This document shows, piece after piece, positions 10,394 to 23,681 of a DNA stretch of 64,000 bases (position 1 is the stretch's first letter; each line of letters starts with the position of its first letter). Position numbers and translations under genes: made by a program. Source of the stretch: Eledone cirrhosa (lineage: Eukaryota). The stretch covers positions 132,246,001 to 132,310,000 of the forward strand of contig OZ024744.1 in the NCBI GenBank assembly GCA_964016885.1, read 5' to 3'. The notes under the pieces were generated by a model. The model ran no database searches, was not told the origin of the DNA, and saw nothing but the letters and a program-made list of their open reading frames with translations.

Positions 10394-13300
10394 AATCGGA
10401 GTTACGTTAAGTTGGGGTTAAGTTAAGTTAGGCTTAACTTAAGTTGGGCTTAAGTTAAGTTGGGGGTAAGTTAAGTTGGGGGTAAGTTAAGTTGGGGTTA
10501 ATTTAAGTTGGGGTTAAGTTAAGTGGTGGTTATGTTAAGTTGGGGTTAAGTTAAGTTGGGGTTAAATTAAGTTGGGGTTAAGTTAAGTTGGGTGTAAGTT
10601 AAGTTGGGGTTGAGTGAAGTTGGGGTTAAGTTAAGTTGGGGTTAAGTAGAGTTGGGGTTAAGTTAAGTTGGGGTTAAGTTAAGTTGGTGTTAAGTTGGGG
10701 TTAAGTTAAGTTGGGGTTAAGTTGGGGTTAAGTTAAGTGGTGGTTATGTTAAGTTGGGGTTAACTTAAGTTGGGGTTAATTTAAATTGGGGTTAAGTTAA
10801 GTTTGTGGTTAAGTTAAGTTGGGGTTAAGTTAAGTTGGGGTTAAGTTAAGTTGGGGTTGAGGGAAGTTGGGGTTAAGTTAAGTTGGGGTTAACTTAAGTT
10901 GGGTTTAAGTTAAGTTGCGGTTAAGTTAAGTTGGGGTTAAGTTAAGTTGGGGTTAAGTTAAGTCGGGGTTAAGTTAAGTTGGGGTTGAGTTAAGTTGGGG
11001 TTAATTTAAGTTGAGGTTATGTTAAGTTGGGGTTAATTTAAGTTGGGGTTAAGTTAAGTTGGGGTTAATTTAAGTTGGGGTTAAGTTCAGTTGGGGTTAA
11101 TTTAAGTTGGGGTTAAGTTAAGTTGGGTTTAAGTTAAGTTGGGGTTAAATTAAGTTGGGGTTAAATTAAGTTGGGGTTAAGTTAAGTTGGGGTTAGGTTA
11201 AGTTGGGGATAAGTTAAGTTGGGGATAAGCTAAGTTGGGGTTAAGTTAAGTTGGGTTTAAGTTAAGTTGGGGTTAAGTTAAGTCGGGGTTATGTTAAGTC
11301 GGTGTTAAGTTAAGTTAGGGTTAAGTTAAGTTGGGGTTAAGTTAAGTTGGGGTTGAGTTAAGTTGGGGTTGAGTTAAATTGGGGTTGAGTTAAGTTGGGG
11401 TTAAGTTAAGTTGGGGTTAAGTTAAGTTGGGGTTAAGTTAAGTTGGGGTTGAGTTAAGTTGGGGTTACTTCAAGTTGGGGCTAAGTTAAGTTGGGGCTGA
11501 GTTAAGTTGGGTGTACGTTAAGTTGGGGTTGACTGAAGTTGGGGTTAAGTTAAGTTGGGGTTAAGTTAAGTTAGGGTTAATTTAAGTTGGGGTTATGTTA
11601 AGTTGGGGTTAAGTTAAGTTGGGGTTAAGTAGAGTTGGGGTTAATTTAAATTGGGGTTAAGTTAAGTTGGTGTTAAGTTGGGGTTAATTTAAGTGGTGGT
11701 TATGTTAAGGTGGGGTTAAGTTAAGTTGGGGTTAATTTAAATTGGGGTTAAGTTAACTTTGTGGTTAAGTTAAGTTGGAGTTAAGTTAAGTTGGAGTTAA
11801 GTTAAGTTGGGGTTGAGTGAAGTTGGGGTTAAGTTAAGTTGGGGTTAACTTAAGTTGGGTTTGAGTTAAGTTGCTGTTAAGTTAAGTTGGGGTTAAGTTA
11901 AGTTGGGGTTAAGTTAAGTCGGGGTTAATTTAAGTTGGGGTTAAGTAAAGTTGGGGTTAATTTAAGTTGGGGTTAAGTTAAGTTTAGGTTAAATTAAGTT
12001 GGGGTTAAATTAAGTTGGGGTTAAGTTAAGTTGGGGTTAAGTTAAGTTGGGGTTAGGTTAAGTTGGGGATAAGTTAAGTTGGGGATAAGTTAAGTTGGGG
12101 TTAAGTTAAGTTGGGTTTAAGTTAAGTTGGGGTTAAGTTAAGTTGGGGTTTAATTAAGTTGGGGTTGAGTTAAGTTGGGGTTGACTTAAGTTGGGCTTAA
12201 GTTAAGTTGGGGTTAAGTTAAGATGTGGTTAAGTTAAGTTGGGGTTAAGTTAAGTTGGGGTTAAATTAAGTTGGGGTTAAGTTAAGTTGGGGGTAAGGTA
12301 AGTTGGTGGTAAGTTAAGTTGGGGGTAAGTTAAGATGGGGCTAAGTTAAGTTGGGGTTAAGTTAATTTGGGGTTAAGTTAAGTTAGGGTTAAGTTAAGTT
12401 GGGGTTGACTTAAGTTGGGGTTAAGTTAAGTTGGGGTTATGTTAAGTTGGGTTTAAGTTAAGTTGGGGTTAAGTTAAGTTGGGGTTAAGTTAAGTTGCGG
12501 TTAAGTTAAGTTGGGGTTAAGTTAAGTTGGGGTTAAGTTAAGTTGGGGTTAAGTTAAGTTGGGGTTAATTTAAGTTGGGGTTAAATTAAGTTGGGGTTAA
12601 TTTAAGTTGGGGGTTAAGATAAGTTGGGGTTAAGTTAAGTTGGGGTTAAATTAAGTTGGGGTTAAGTTAAGTTGGGGTTAATTTAGGTTGGGGTTAAGTT
12701 AAGTTGGGGTTGAGTTAAGTTGGGGGTAAGTTAAGTTGGGGGTAAGTTAAGTTGGGTGTAAGTTAAGATGGGGTTAAGTTAAGTTGGGGTTAAGTTATTT
12801 TGGGGTTAAGTTAAGTTGGGGGTAAGTTAAGTTGGTGATAAGTTAAGTTGGGGGTAAGTTAAGTTGGGGTTAAGTTAAGTTGGGTTAAGTTGGGGTTAAG
12901 TTAAGTTAGGGTTAAGTTAAGTTGGGGTTGAGTTAAGTTGGGGTTAAGTTAAGAGGTGGTTATGTTCAGTTGGGGTTAAGTTAAGTTGGGGTTAAGTTAA
13001 GTTGGGGTTAAGTTAAGTTGGGGTTAAGATAAGTTGGGGTTAAGTTAAGTTGGGGTTGAGTTAAGTTGGGGTTGAGTTAATTTGGGGTTAAGTTAAGTTG
13101 GGGTTAACTTAATTTGGGTTTAATTTAAGTTGGGGTTAAGTTAAGTTGGGGTTAAATTAAGTTGGGATTAAGTTAAGTTGGGTGTACGTTAAGTTGGGGT
13201 TGACTGAAGTTGGGGTTAAGTTAAGTTGGGGTTAAGTAGAGTTGGGGTTAATTTAAGTTGGTGTTAAGTTAAGTTGGTGTTAAGTTGGGGTTAAGTTAAG

Positions 13301-15552
13301 TTGGGGTTAAGTTGGGGTTAAGTTAAGTGGTGGTTATGTTAAGTTGGGGTTAAGTTAAGTTGGGGTTAATTTAAATTGGGGTTAAGTTAACTTTGTGGTT
13401 AAGTTAAGTTGGAGTTAAGTTAAGTTGGGGTTAAGTTAAGTTGGGGTTAAGTTAAGTTGGGGTTGAGTTAAGTTGGGGTTAATTTAAGTTGAGGTTATTT
13501 TAAGTTGGGGTTAAGTTAAGTTGGGGTTAAGTTAAGTTGGGGTTAAGTTAAGTTGGGGTTAAGTTAAGTTGGGGTTAAGTTAAGTTGGGTTTAAGTTAAG
13601 TTGGGGTTAAATTAAGTTGGGGTTAAATTAAAGTGGGGTTAAGTTAAGTTGGGGGTAAGTTAAGTTGGGGGCAAGTTAAGTTGGTGTTAAGTTAAGTTGG
13701 GGTTAAGTTAAGTTGGGGTTAAGTTAAGTTGGGTTTAAGTTAAGTTGGGACTAAGTTAAGTTAGGGCTAAGTTCAGTTGGGGTAAAGTTAAGTTGGGGCT
13801 AAGTTAAGTTGGGTATAAGTTGAGTTGGAGTTAAGTTAAGTTGGGGTTAAGTTAAGTTGGGGTTAAATTAAGTTGGGGTTAATTAAGTTGGGGTTAAGTT
13901 AAGTTGGGGTTAATTTAAGTTGGGGTTGTGTTAATTTGGGGTTAAGTTAAGTTGGGGTTATATTAAGTTGGGGTTAAGTTAAGTTGGGTTTAAGTTAAGT
14001 TGGGGTTAAGTTAAGTTGGGGTTAAGTTAAGTTAGGGTTAATTTAAGTTGGGGTTATGTTAAGTTGGGGTTAAGTTAAGCTGGGGTTAAGTAGAGTTGGG
14101 GTTAATTTAAGTTGGGGTTAAGTTAAGTTGGTGTTAAGTTGGGGTTAAGTTAAGTTGGGGTTAAGTTGGGGTTAAGTTGAGTGGTGGTTATGTTAAGTTG
14201 GGGTTAAGTTAAGTTGGGGTTAATTTAAATTGGGGTTAAGTTAACTTTGTGGTTAAGTTAAGTTGGAGTTAAGTTAAGTTGGGGTTAAGTTAAGTTGGGG
14301 TTGAGTGAAGTTGGGGTTAAGTTAAGTTGGGGTTAACTTAAGTTGGGGTTAAGTTAAGTTGGGGTTAAATTAAGTTGGGTTAAATTAAGGTGGGGTTAAG
14401 TTAAGTTGGGGGTAAGTTAAGTTGGGGGCAAGTTAAGTTGGTGTTAAGTTAAGTTGGGGTTAAGTTAAGTTGGGGTTAAGTTAAGTTGGGTTTAAGTTAA
14501 GTTGGGACTAAGTTAAGTTAGGGCTAAGTTAAGTTGGGGTTAAGTTAAGTTGGGGCTAAGTTAAGTTGGGTCTAAGTTGAGTTGGGGTTAAGTTAAGTTG
14601 GGGTTAAGTTAAGTTGGGGTTAAATTAAGTTGGGGTTAATTAAGTTGGGGTTAAGTTAAGTTGGGGTTAAGTTAAGTTGGGGTTAATTTAAGTTGGGGTT
14701 GTGTTAAGTTGGGGTTAAGTTAAGTTGGGGATAAGTTAAGTTGGGGTTAAATTAAGTTGGGGGTAAGTTAAGTTGGTGGTAAGTTAAGTTGGGGTTAAGT
14801 TAAGTTGGGGTTAATTTAAATTGGGGTTAATTTAACTTGTGGTTAAGTTAAGTTGGGGTTTATTTAAGTTGGGTTTAAGTTAAGTTGGGGTTGAGTTAAG
14901 TTGGGGTTGAGTGAAGTTGGGGTTAAGTTAAGTCGGGGTTAATTTAAGTTGGGTTGAGTTAAGTCGGGGTTAATTTAAGTTGGGGCTAAGTTAATTTGTG
15001 GTTAAGTTAAGTTGGGGTTAAGTTAAGTTGGGGTTAAGTTAAGTTGGGGGTAAGTTAAGTTGGGGGCAAGTTAAGTTGGGGTTAAGTTAAGTTGCGGTTA
15101 AGTTAAGTTGGGGTTAAGTTAAGTTGGGTTTAAGTTAAGTTGGGGTTCAGTTAAGTTGGGGTTAAGTTAAGTTGGGGTTAAGTTAAGTTGGGGTTGAGTT
15201 AAGTTGGGGTTTAATTAAGTTGGGGTTGAGTTAAGTTGGGGTTGAGTTAAGTGGGGGTTGAGTTAAGTTGGGGTTAAGCTAAGTTGGGGTTAAGTTAAAT
15301 TGAGGTTAAGTTAACTTGGGTTTGAGTTAAGTTGGGGTTAAGTTAAGTTGGTGTTAAGTTCAGTTCAGGTTAAGTTAACTTGGGGTTAAGTTAAGTTGGG
15401 GTTGAGTTAAGTTGGGGTTGAGTTAAGTTGGGGTTAAGTTAAGTTGGGGTTAACTTAAGTTGGGGTTAAGTTAAGTTGGGGTTAATTTAAGTTGGGGTTC
15501 AGTTAAATTGAGATTAAGATAACTTGGGTTTGCGTTAAGATGGGGTTAAGTT

Positions 15553-18500
15553 AGGTTTTTCGAAAACCTTATATAATCATTTTTATTTAGGTTCTTCGAA
15601 ACACCTTATATAATCAATTTTTTTAGGTTTTTCGAAAAACCTTATATAATCAATTTTTTAATACTTTTAGAAATATTTATATCTGATTTCAAATATTGAT
15701 TTTATTAGGTTTTTGGAGTAATCAATTTTTTTTACGTTTTTCGAACAATGTTATATAATCAATTTTTTTTAGGTTTTTCGAATCAATTCAATTTTTATAA
15801 TCAAATATTTTTAGGTTTTTAGAAAAACCTTATATAATCAAATTTTTTTAGGTTTTTCGAAAAACCTTATATAATTAATTTTTTTATACTTTTAGAAATA
15901 TTTATATCTGATTTCAAATATTGGATTTTTTAGGTTTTTCGATAATCAATTTTTTTTAGATTTTTCGAAAAATCTTATATAATCAATTTTTTTACGTTTT
16001 TAGAAAGACCTTATATAATCAATTTTTTTATACTTTTAGAAATATTTATATCTGATTTCAAATATTGATTTTTTTAGGTTTTTCGAAAACCCTATATAAT
16101 CAATTTTTTTGTACTTTTAGAAATATCTATATCTGATTTCATGTATTGATTTTTTTATATTTTTCGAAAAAGCTTAGATAATCAATTTTTTTAGGTCTTT
16201 CGAAAACATTATATAATCAATTTTTTTTTAGGTTTTTCGAAAAAACCTTATATAATCAATTTTTTTTAGGTTTTTCAAATATTGATTTTTTTAGCTTTTT
16301 CGACAAAATTATAATCAATTTTTTTTAGGTTTTTCGAAAAAGAATGAATTTGAGTTCATAGTCGAAATATATACTTCTGCATTAATCTTTTTACGTTTTT
16401 TTGATTTTTTTTAAAAAAACGTAAAAAATTAATGCTTTTACAAATCTTTTGAAATATTTACTTTCTAGTTTCAAATTTTGCAGATTAAATTTTTCTCGAA
16501 AAACCTAAAAAATCAGTTGTCGAAATCAGAAGTTAATATTTCGAAAAACGCAATTTGAAAAACTCATATTAATTTTTTTTCGAAAACATTATATAATCAA
16601 TTTTTTAGAAATATTTATATCTGATTTCAAATATTGATTTTTTTAGGTTTTTCGAAAACCCTATATAATCAATTTTTTTGTACTTTTAGAAATATCTATA
16701 TCTGATTTCATGTATTGATTTTTTTATATTTTTCGAAAAATCTTATATAATCAATTTTTTTACGTTTTTAGAAAAACCTTATATAATCAATTTTTTTTAG
16801 GTTTTTCGAAAAACCTTATATAATCAATTTTTTTATGTTTTTTCGAAAAATCTTATATAATCAATTTTTTTACGTTTTTAGAAATATTTATATCTGATTT
16901 CAAATATTGATTTTTTTTAGATTTTTCGAAACACCTTATATAATCAATTTTTTTTAGGTTTTTCAAATTACCTTATATAATCAATTTTTTTTATCTGATT
17001 TCAAATATTGATTTTTTTTTAGCTTTTTCGACAAAATCTTATATAATCAATTTTTTTTAGGTTTTTCGAAAAAGAATGAATTTGAGTTCATAGTCGAAAT
17101 ATATACTTCTGCATTAATCTTTTTACGTTTTTTTGATTTTTTTTAAAAAAACGTAAAAAATTAATGCTTTTACAAATCTTTTGAAATATTCACTTTCTAG
17201 TTTCAAATTTTGCAGATTAAATTTTTCTCGAAAAACCTAAAAAATCAGTTGTCGAAATCAGAAGTTAATATTTCGTAAAACGCAATTTGAAAAACTCATT
17301 AATTTTTTTTCGAAAACTTATTATATAATCAATTTTTTTATACTTTTAGAAATATTTATATCTGATTTCAAATATTGATTTTTTTAGGTTTTTCGAAAAC
17401 CCTATATAATCAATTTTTTTGTACTTTTAGAAATATCTATATCTGATTTCATGTATTGATTTTTTTATATTTTTCGAAAAAGCTTAGATAATCAATTTTT
17501 TTAGGTCTTTCGAAAACATTATATAATCAATTTTTTTTTAGGTTTTTCGAAAAAACCTTATATAATCAATTTTTTTTAGGTTTTTCAAATATTGATTTTT
17601 TTAGCTTTTTCGACAAAATTATAATCAATTTTTTTTAGGTTTTTCGAAAAAGAATGAATTTGAGTTCATAGTCGAAATATATACTTCTGCATTAATCTTT
17701 TTACGTTTTTTTGATTTTTTTTAAAAAAACGTAAAAAATTAATGCTTTTACAAATCTTTTGAAATATTTACTTTCTAGTTTCAAATTTTGCAGATTAAAT
17801 TTTTCTCGAAAAACCTAAAAAATCAGTTGTCGAAATCAGAAGTTAATATTTCGAAAAACGCAATTTGAAAAACTCATAATTTTTTTTCGAAAACATTATA
17901 TAATCAATTTTTTTATACTTTTAGAAATATTTATATCTGATTTCAAATATTGATTTTTTTAGGTTTTTCGAAAACCCTATATAATCAATTTTTTTGTACT
18001 TTTAGAAATATCTATATCTGATTTCATGTATTGATTTTTTTATATTTTTCGAAAAATCTTATATAATCAATTTTTTTACGTTTTTAGAAAAACCTTATAT
18101 AATCAATTTTTTTTGTTTTTTCTAAAAATCTTATATAATCAATTTTTTTTAGGTTTTTCGAAAAACCTTATATAATCAATTTTTTTATGTTTTTTCGAAA
18201 AATCTTATATAATCAATTTTTTTACGTTTTTAGAAATATTTATATCTGATTTCAAATATTGATTTTTTTTAGATTTTTCGAAATACCTTATATAATCAAT
18301 TTTTTTTAGGTTTTTCAAATTACCTTATATAATCAATTTTTTTTATCTGATTTCAAATATTGATTTTTTTAGCTTTTTCGACAAAATCTTATATAATCAA
18401 TTTTTTTTAGGTTTTTCGAAAAAGAATGAATTTGAGTTCATAGTCGAAATATATACTTCTGCATTAATCTTTTTACGTTTTTTTGATTTTTTTTAAAAAA

Positions 18501-21500
18501 ACGTAAAAAATTAATGCTTTTACAAATCTCTTGAAATATTCACTTTCTAGTTTCAAATTTTGCAGATTAAATTTTTCCTAAAAAATCAGTTGTCGAAATC
18601 AGTTCGTAAAACGCAATTTGAAAAACTCATATTAATTTTTTTTCGAAAACTTATTATATAATCAATTTTTTTATACTTTTAGAAATATTTATATCTGATT
18701 TCAAATATTGATTTTTTTAGGTTTTTCGAAAACCCTATATAATCATTTTTTTTGTACTTTTAGAAATATCTATATCTGATTTCATGTATTGATTTTTTTA
18801 TATTTTTCGAAAAAGCTTAGATAATCAATTTTTTTAAGTCTTTCGAAAACATTATATAATCAATTTTTTTTTAGGTTTTTCGAAAAAACCTTATATAATC
18901 AATTCTTTTTTTGGTTTTTTCGAAAAATCTTATATAATCAATTTTTTTACGTTTTTAGAAAAACCTTATATAATCAATTTTTTTTAGATTTTTCACAAAA
19001 CCTTATATAATCAATTTTTTTTAGGTTTTTCGAAAAACCTTATATAATCAATTTTTTTTGTTTTTTTGAAAAATCTTATATAATCAATTTTTTTACGTTT
19101 TTAGAAATATTTATATCTGATTTCAAATATTGATTTTTTTTAGGTTTTTCGAATTACCTTATATAATCAATTCTTTTTTGGGTTTTTTCGAAAAATCTTA
19201 TATAATCAATTTTTTTACGTTTTTAGAAAAACCTTATATAATCAATTTTTTTTAGATTTTTCAAAAAACCTTATATAATCAATTTTTTTTAGGTTTTTCG
19301 AAAAACCTTATATAATCAATTTTTTTTGTTTTTTTGAAAAATCTTATATAATCAATTTTTTTACGTTTTTAGAAATATTTATATCTGATTTCAAATATTG
19401 ATTTTTTTTAGGTTTTTCGAATTACCTTATATAATCAATTTTTTTTAGGTTTTTCAAATATTGATTTTTTTAGCTTTTTCGACAGAATCTTATATAATCA
19501 ATTTTTTTTAGGTTTTTCGAAAAAGAATGAATTTGAGTTCATAGTCGAAATATATACTTCTGCATTAATCTTTTTACGTTTTTTTGTATTTTTTTTATAA
19601 AAACGTAAAAAATTAATGCTTTTACAAATCTTTTGAAATATTTACTTTCTAGTTTCAAATTTTGCAGATTAAATTTTTCTCGAAAAACCTAAAAAATCAG
19701 TTGTCGAAATCAGAAGTTAATATTTCGAAAAACGCAATTTGAAAAACTCATATTAATTTCTTTTCGAAAACATTATATAATCAATTTTTTTATACTTTTA
19801 GAAATATTTATATCTGATTTCAAATATTGATTTTTTTAGGTTTTTCGAAAACCCTATATAATCAATTTTTTTGTACTTTTAGAAATATCTATATCTGATT
19901 TCATGTATTGATTTTTTTATATTTTTCGAAAAAGCTTAGATAATCAATTTTTTTAGGTCTTTCGAAAACCTTATATAATCAATTTTTTTTAGGTTTTTTC
20001 TAAAAATCTTATATAATCAATTTTTTTTAGGTTTTTCGAAAAACCTTATATAATCAATTTTTTTTGTTTTTTCGAAAAATCTTATATAATTAATTTTTTT
20101 ACGTTTTTAGAAATATTTATATCTGATTTCAAATATTGATTTTTTTAGGTTTTTCGAAAACCCTATATAATCAATTTTTTTGTACTTTTAGAAATATCTA
20201 TATCTGATTTCATGTATTGATTTTTTTATATTTTTCGAAAAAGCTTAGATAATCAATTTTTTTAGGTCTTTCGAAAACATTATATAATCAATTTTTTTTT
20301 AGGTTTTTCGAAAAAACCTTATATAATCAATTTTTTTTAGGTTTTTCAAATATTGATTTTTTTAGCTTTTTCGACAAAATTATAATCAATTTTTTTTAGG
20401 TTTTTCGAAAAAGAATGAATTTGAGTTCATAGTCGAAATATATACTTCTGCATTAATCTTTTTACGTTTTTTTGATTTTTTTTAAAAAAACGTAAAAAAT
20501 TAATGCTTTTACAAATCTTTTGAAATATTTACTTTCTAGTTTCAAATTTTGCAGATTAAATTTTTCTCGAAAAACCTAAAAAATCAGTTGTCGAAATCAG
20601 AAGTTAATATTTCGAAAAACGCAATTTGAAAAACTCATATTAATTTTTTTTCGAAAACATTATATAATTAATTTTTTTATACTTTTAGAAATATTTATAT
20701 CTGATTTCAAATATTGATTTTTTTAGGTTTTTCGAAAACCCTATATAATCAATTTTTTTGTACTTTTAGAAATATCTATATCTGATTTCATGTATTGATT
20801 TTTTTATATTTTTCGAAAAATCTTATATAATCAATTTTTTTACGTTTTTAGAAAAACCTTATATAATCAATTTTTTTTGTTTTTTCTAAAAATCTTATAT
20901 AATCAATTTTTTTTAGGTTTTTCGAAAAACCTTATATAATCAATTTTTTTATGTTTTTTCGAAAAATCTTATATAATCAATTTTTTTACGTTTTTAGAAA
21001 TATTTATATCTGATTTCAAATATTGATTTTTTTTAGATTTTTCGAAATACCTTATATAATCAATTTTTTTTAGGTTTTTCAAATTACCTTATATAATCAA
21101 TTTTTTTTATCTGATTTCAAATATTGATTTTTTTAGCTTTTTCGACAAAATCTTATATAATCAATTTTTTTTAGGTTTTTCGAAAAAGAATGAATTTGAG
21201 TTCATAGTCGAAATATATACTTCTGCATTAATCTTTTTACGTTTTTTTGATTTTTTTTAAAAAAACGTAAAAAATTAATGCTTTTACAAATCTCTTGAAA
21301 TATTCACTTTCTAGTTTCAAATTTTGCAGATTAAATTTTTCTCGAAAAACCTAAAAAATCAGTTGTCGAAATCAGAAGTTAATATTTCGAAAAACGCAAT
21401 TTGAAAAACTCATATTAATTTCTTTTCGAAAACATTATATAATCAATTTTTTTATACTTTTAGAAATATTTATATCTGATTTCAAATATTGATTTTTTTA

Positions 21501-23506
21501 GGTTTTTCGAAAACCCTATATAATCAATTTTTTTGTACTTTTAGAAATATCTATATCTGATTTCATGTATTGATTTTTTTATATTTTTCGAAAAAGCTTA
21601 GATAATCAATTTTTTTAGGTCTTTCGAAAACCTTATATAATCAATTTTTTTTTAGGTTTTTCGAAAAAACCTTATATAATCAATTTTTTTTAGGTTTTTT
21701 CTAAAAATCTTATATAATCAATTTTTTTTAGGTTTTTCGAAAAACCTTATATAATCAATTTTTTTTGTTTTTTCGAAAAATCTTATATAATTAATTTTTT
21801 TACGTTTTTAGAAATATTTATATCTAATTTCAAATATTGATTTTTTTTAGATTTTTCGAAATACCTTATATAATCAATTTTTTTTAGGTTTTTCAAATTA
21901 CCTTATATAATCAATTTTTTTTATCAGATTTCAAATATTGATTTTTTTAGCTTTTTCGACAAAATCTTATATAATCAATTTTTTGCAGGTTTTTCGAAAA
22001 AGAATGAATTTGAGTTCATAGTCGAAATATATACTTCTGCATTTTTACGTTTTTTTGATTTTTTTTAAAAAAACGTAAAAAATTAATGCTTTTACAAATC
22101 TTTTGAAATATTTACTTTCTAGTTTCAAATTTTGCAGATTAAATTTTTCTCGAAAAACCTAAAAAATCAGTTGTCAAAATCAGAAGTTAATATTTCGAAA
22201 AACGCAATTTGAAAAACTCATATTAATTTTTTTTCGAAAACATTATATAATCAATTTTTTAGAAATATTTATATCTGATTTCAAATATTGATTTTTTTAG
22301 GTTTTTCGAAAACCTTATATAATCAATTTTTTTGTACTTTTAGAAATATCTCTATCTGATTTCATGTATTGATTTTTTTATATTTTTAGAAAAAGCTTAG
22401 ATAATCAATTTTTTTAGGTCTTTCGAAAACCTTATATAATCAATTTTTTTTTAGGTTTTTCGAAAAAACCTTATATAATCATTATTTTTTAGGCTTTTTC
22501 GAAAAATCTTATATAATCAATTTTTTTACGTTTTTCGAAAAAACTTATATAATCAATTTTTTTTAGGTTTTTCAAAAAACCTTATATAATCAATTTTTTT
22601 TAGGTTTTTCGAAAAACCTTATATAATCAATTTTTTTTGTTTTTTCAAAAAATCTTATATAATCAATTTTTTTACGTTTTTAGAAATATTTATATCTTAT
22701 TTCAAATATTGATTTTTTTTAGATTTTTCGAAATACCTTATATAATCAATTTTTTTTAGGTTTTTCAAATTACCATAAGGTAATTTGAAAAACCTAAAAA
22801 AAATTGACTGATTTCAAATATTGATTTTTTTAGCTTTTTCGACAAAATCTTATATAATCAATTTTTTTTAGGTTTTTCGAAAAAGAATGAATTTGAGTAC
22901 ATAGTCGAAATATATACTTCTGCATTAATCTTTTTACGTTTTTTTGAAAAAATTAATGCTTTTACAAATCTTTTGAAATATTTACTTTCTAGTTTCAAAT
23001 TTTGCAGATTAAATTTTTCTCGAAAAACCTAAAAAATCAGTTGTCGAAATCAGAAGTTAATATTTCGTAAAACGCAATTTGAAAAACTCATATTAATTTT
23101 TTTTCGAAAACTTATATAATCAATTTTTTTATACTTTTAGAAATATTTATATCTGATTTCAAATATTGATTTTTTTAGGTTTTTCGAAAACCCTATATAA
23201 TCAATTTTTTTGTACTTTTAGAAATATCTATATCTGATTTCATGTATTGATTTTTTTATATTTTTCGAAAAAGCTTATATAATCAATTTTTTTAGGTCTT
23301 TCGAAAACCTTATATAATCAATTTTTTTTTAGGTTTTTCGAAAAAACCTTATATAATCAATTTTTTTTAGGTTTTTTCGAAAAATCTTATATAATCAATT
23401 TTTTTACGTTTTTAGAAATATTTATATCTGATTTCAAATATTGATTTTTTTTAGATTTTTCGAAATACCTTATATAATCAATTTTTTTTAGGTTTTTCAA
23501 ATTACC
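15553..23506 (+). repeat. AT-rich composite satellite block 2 (~7.95 kb, 9 cassettes)
   Basis: Same units as block 1. Cassette spacings are about 732, 578, 772, 1101, 888, 775, 814 and 883 bp. Confidence 0.96.
22746..22807. other. Perfect 29-bp-arm inverted repeat (fold-back) with 4-nt spacer, single copy
   Basis: TCAATTTTTTTTAGGTTTTTCAAATTACC-ATAA-GGTAATTTGAAAAACCTAAAAAAAATTGA. Confidence 0.92.
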
Positions 23507-23681
23507 CCGACTTAACCCCGACTTAACTTAACCCCAACTTAACTTAACCCCAACTTAACTTAACCCCAACTTGACTTAACCCCAACATAACTCACACCCA
23601 ACTTAACTTACCCCCAACTTAACTTAAACCCAACTTGACTTAACCCCAACTTAACTTAACCCCAACTTAACTTAACGCCAA
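23505..23681 (-). repeat. Truncated inverted island fused directly to AT block 2
   Basis: CAAATTA-CCCCGACTTAACCCCGAC...AACGCCAAAGTCGGAG. Confidence 0.92.

Larger units (their letters stand above)
5570..13440 (+). repeat. ~3.94-kb direct tandem duplication within the G satellite (2 copies)
   Basis: Markers offset by 3943 bp (GGCTTT 5591/9534, island starts 6171/10114) and by 3927 bp further on (GGAG 9486/13413), i.e. one 16-mer lost. End points are approximate. Confidence 0.88.
1655..15552 (+). repeat. G-rich 16-bp satellite block, ~13.9 kb, with 4 inverted islands
   Basis: Continuous TTAAGTTAAGTTGGGG monomers with occasional 11-bp TTAAGTTGGGG monomers. Confidence 0.97.

Noticed and set aside
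1655-15552. Protein-coding ORFs in the G satellite
   Set aside because: TTAA puts TAA stops on both strands and the 16-bp period rotates them through all frames.
15553-23506. TATA boxes (TATATAA), hairpin + poly(T) terminators and TTTTTAG|G splice acceptors
   Set aside because: These motifs are by-products of the repeat unit, with no associated gene or transcript evidence.
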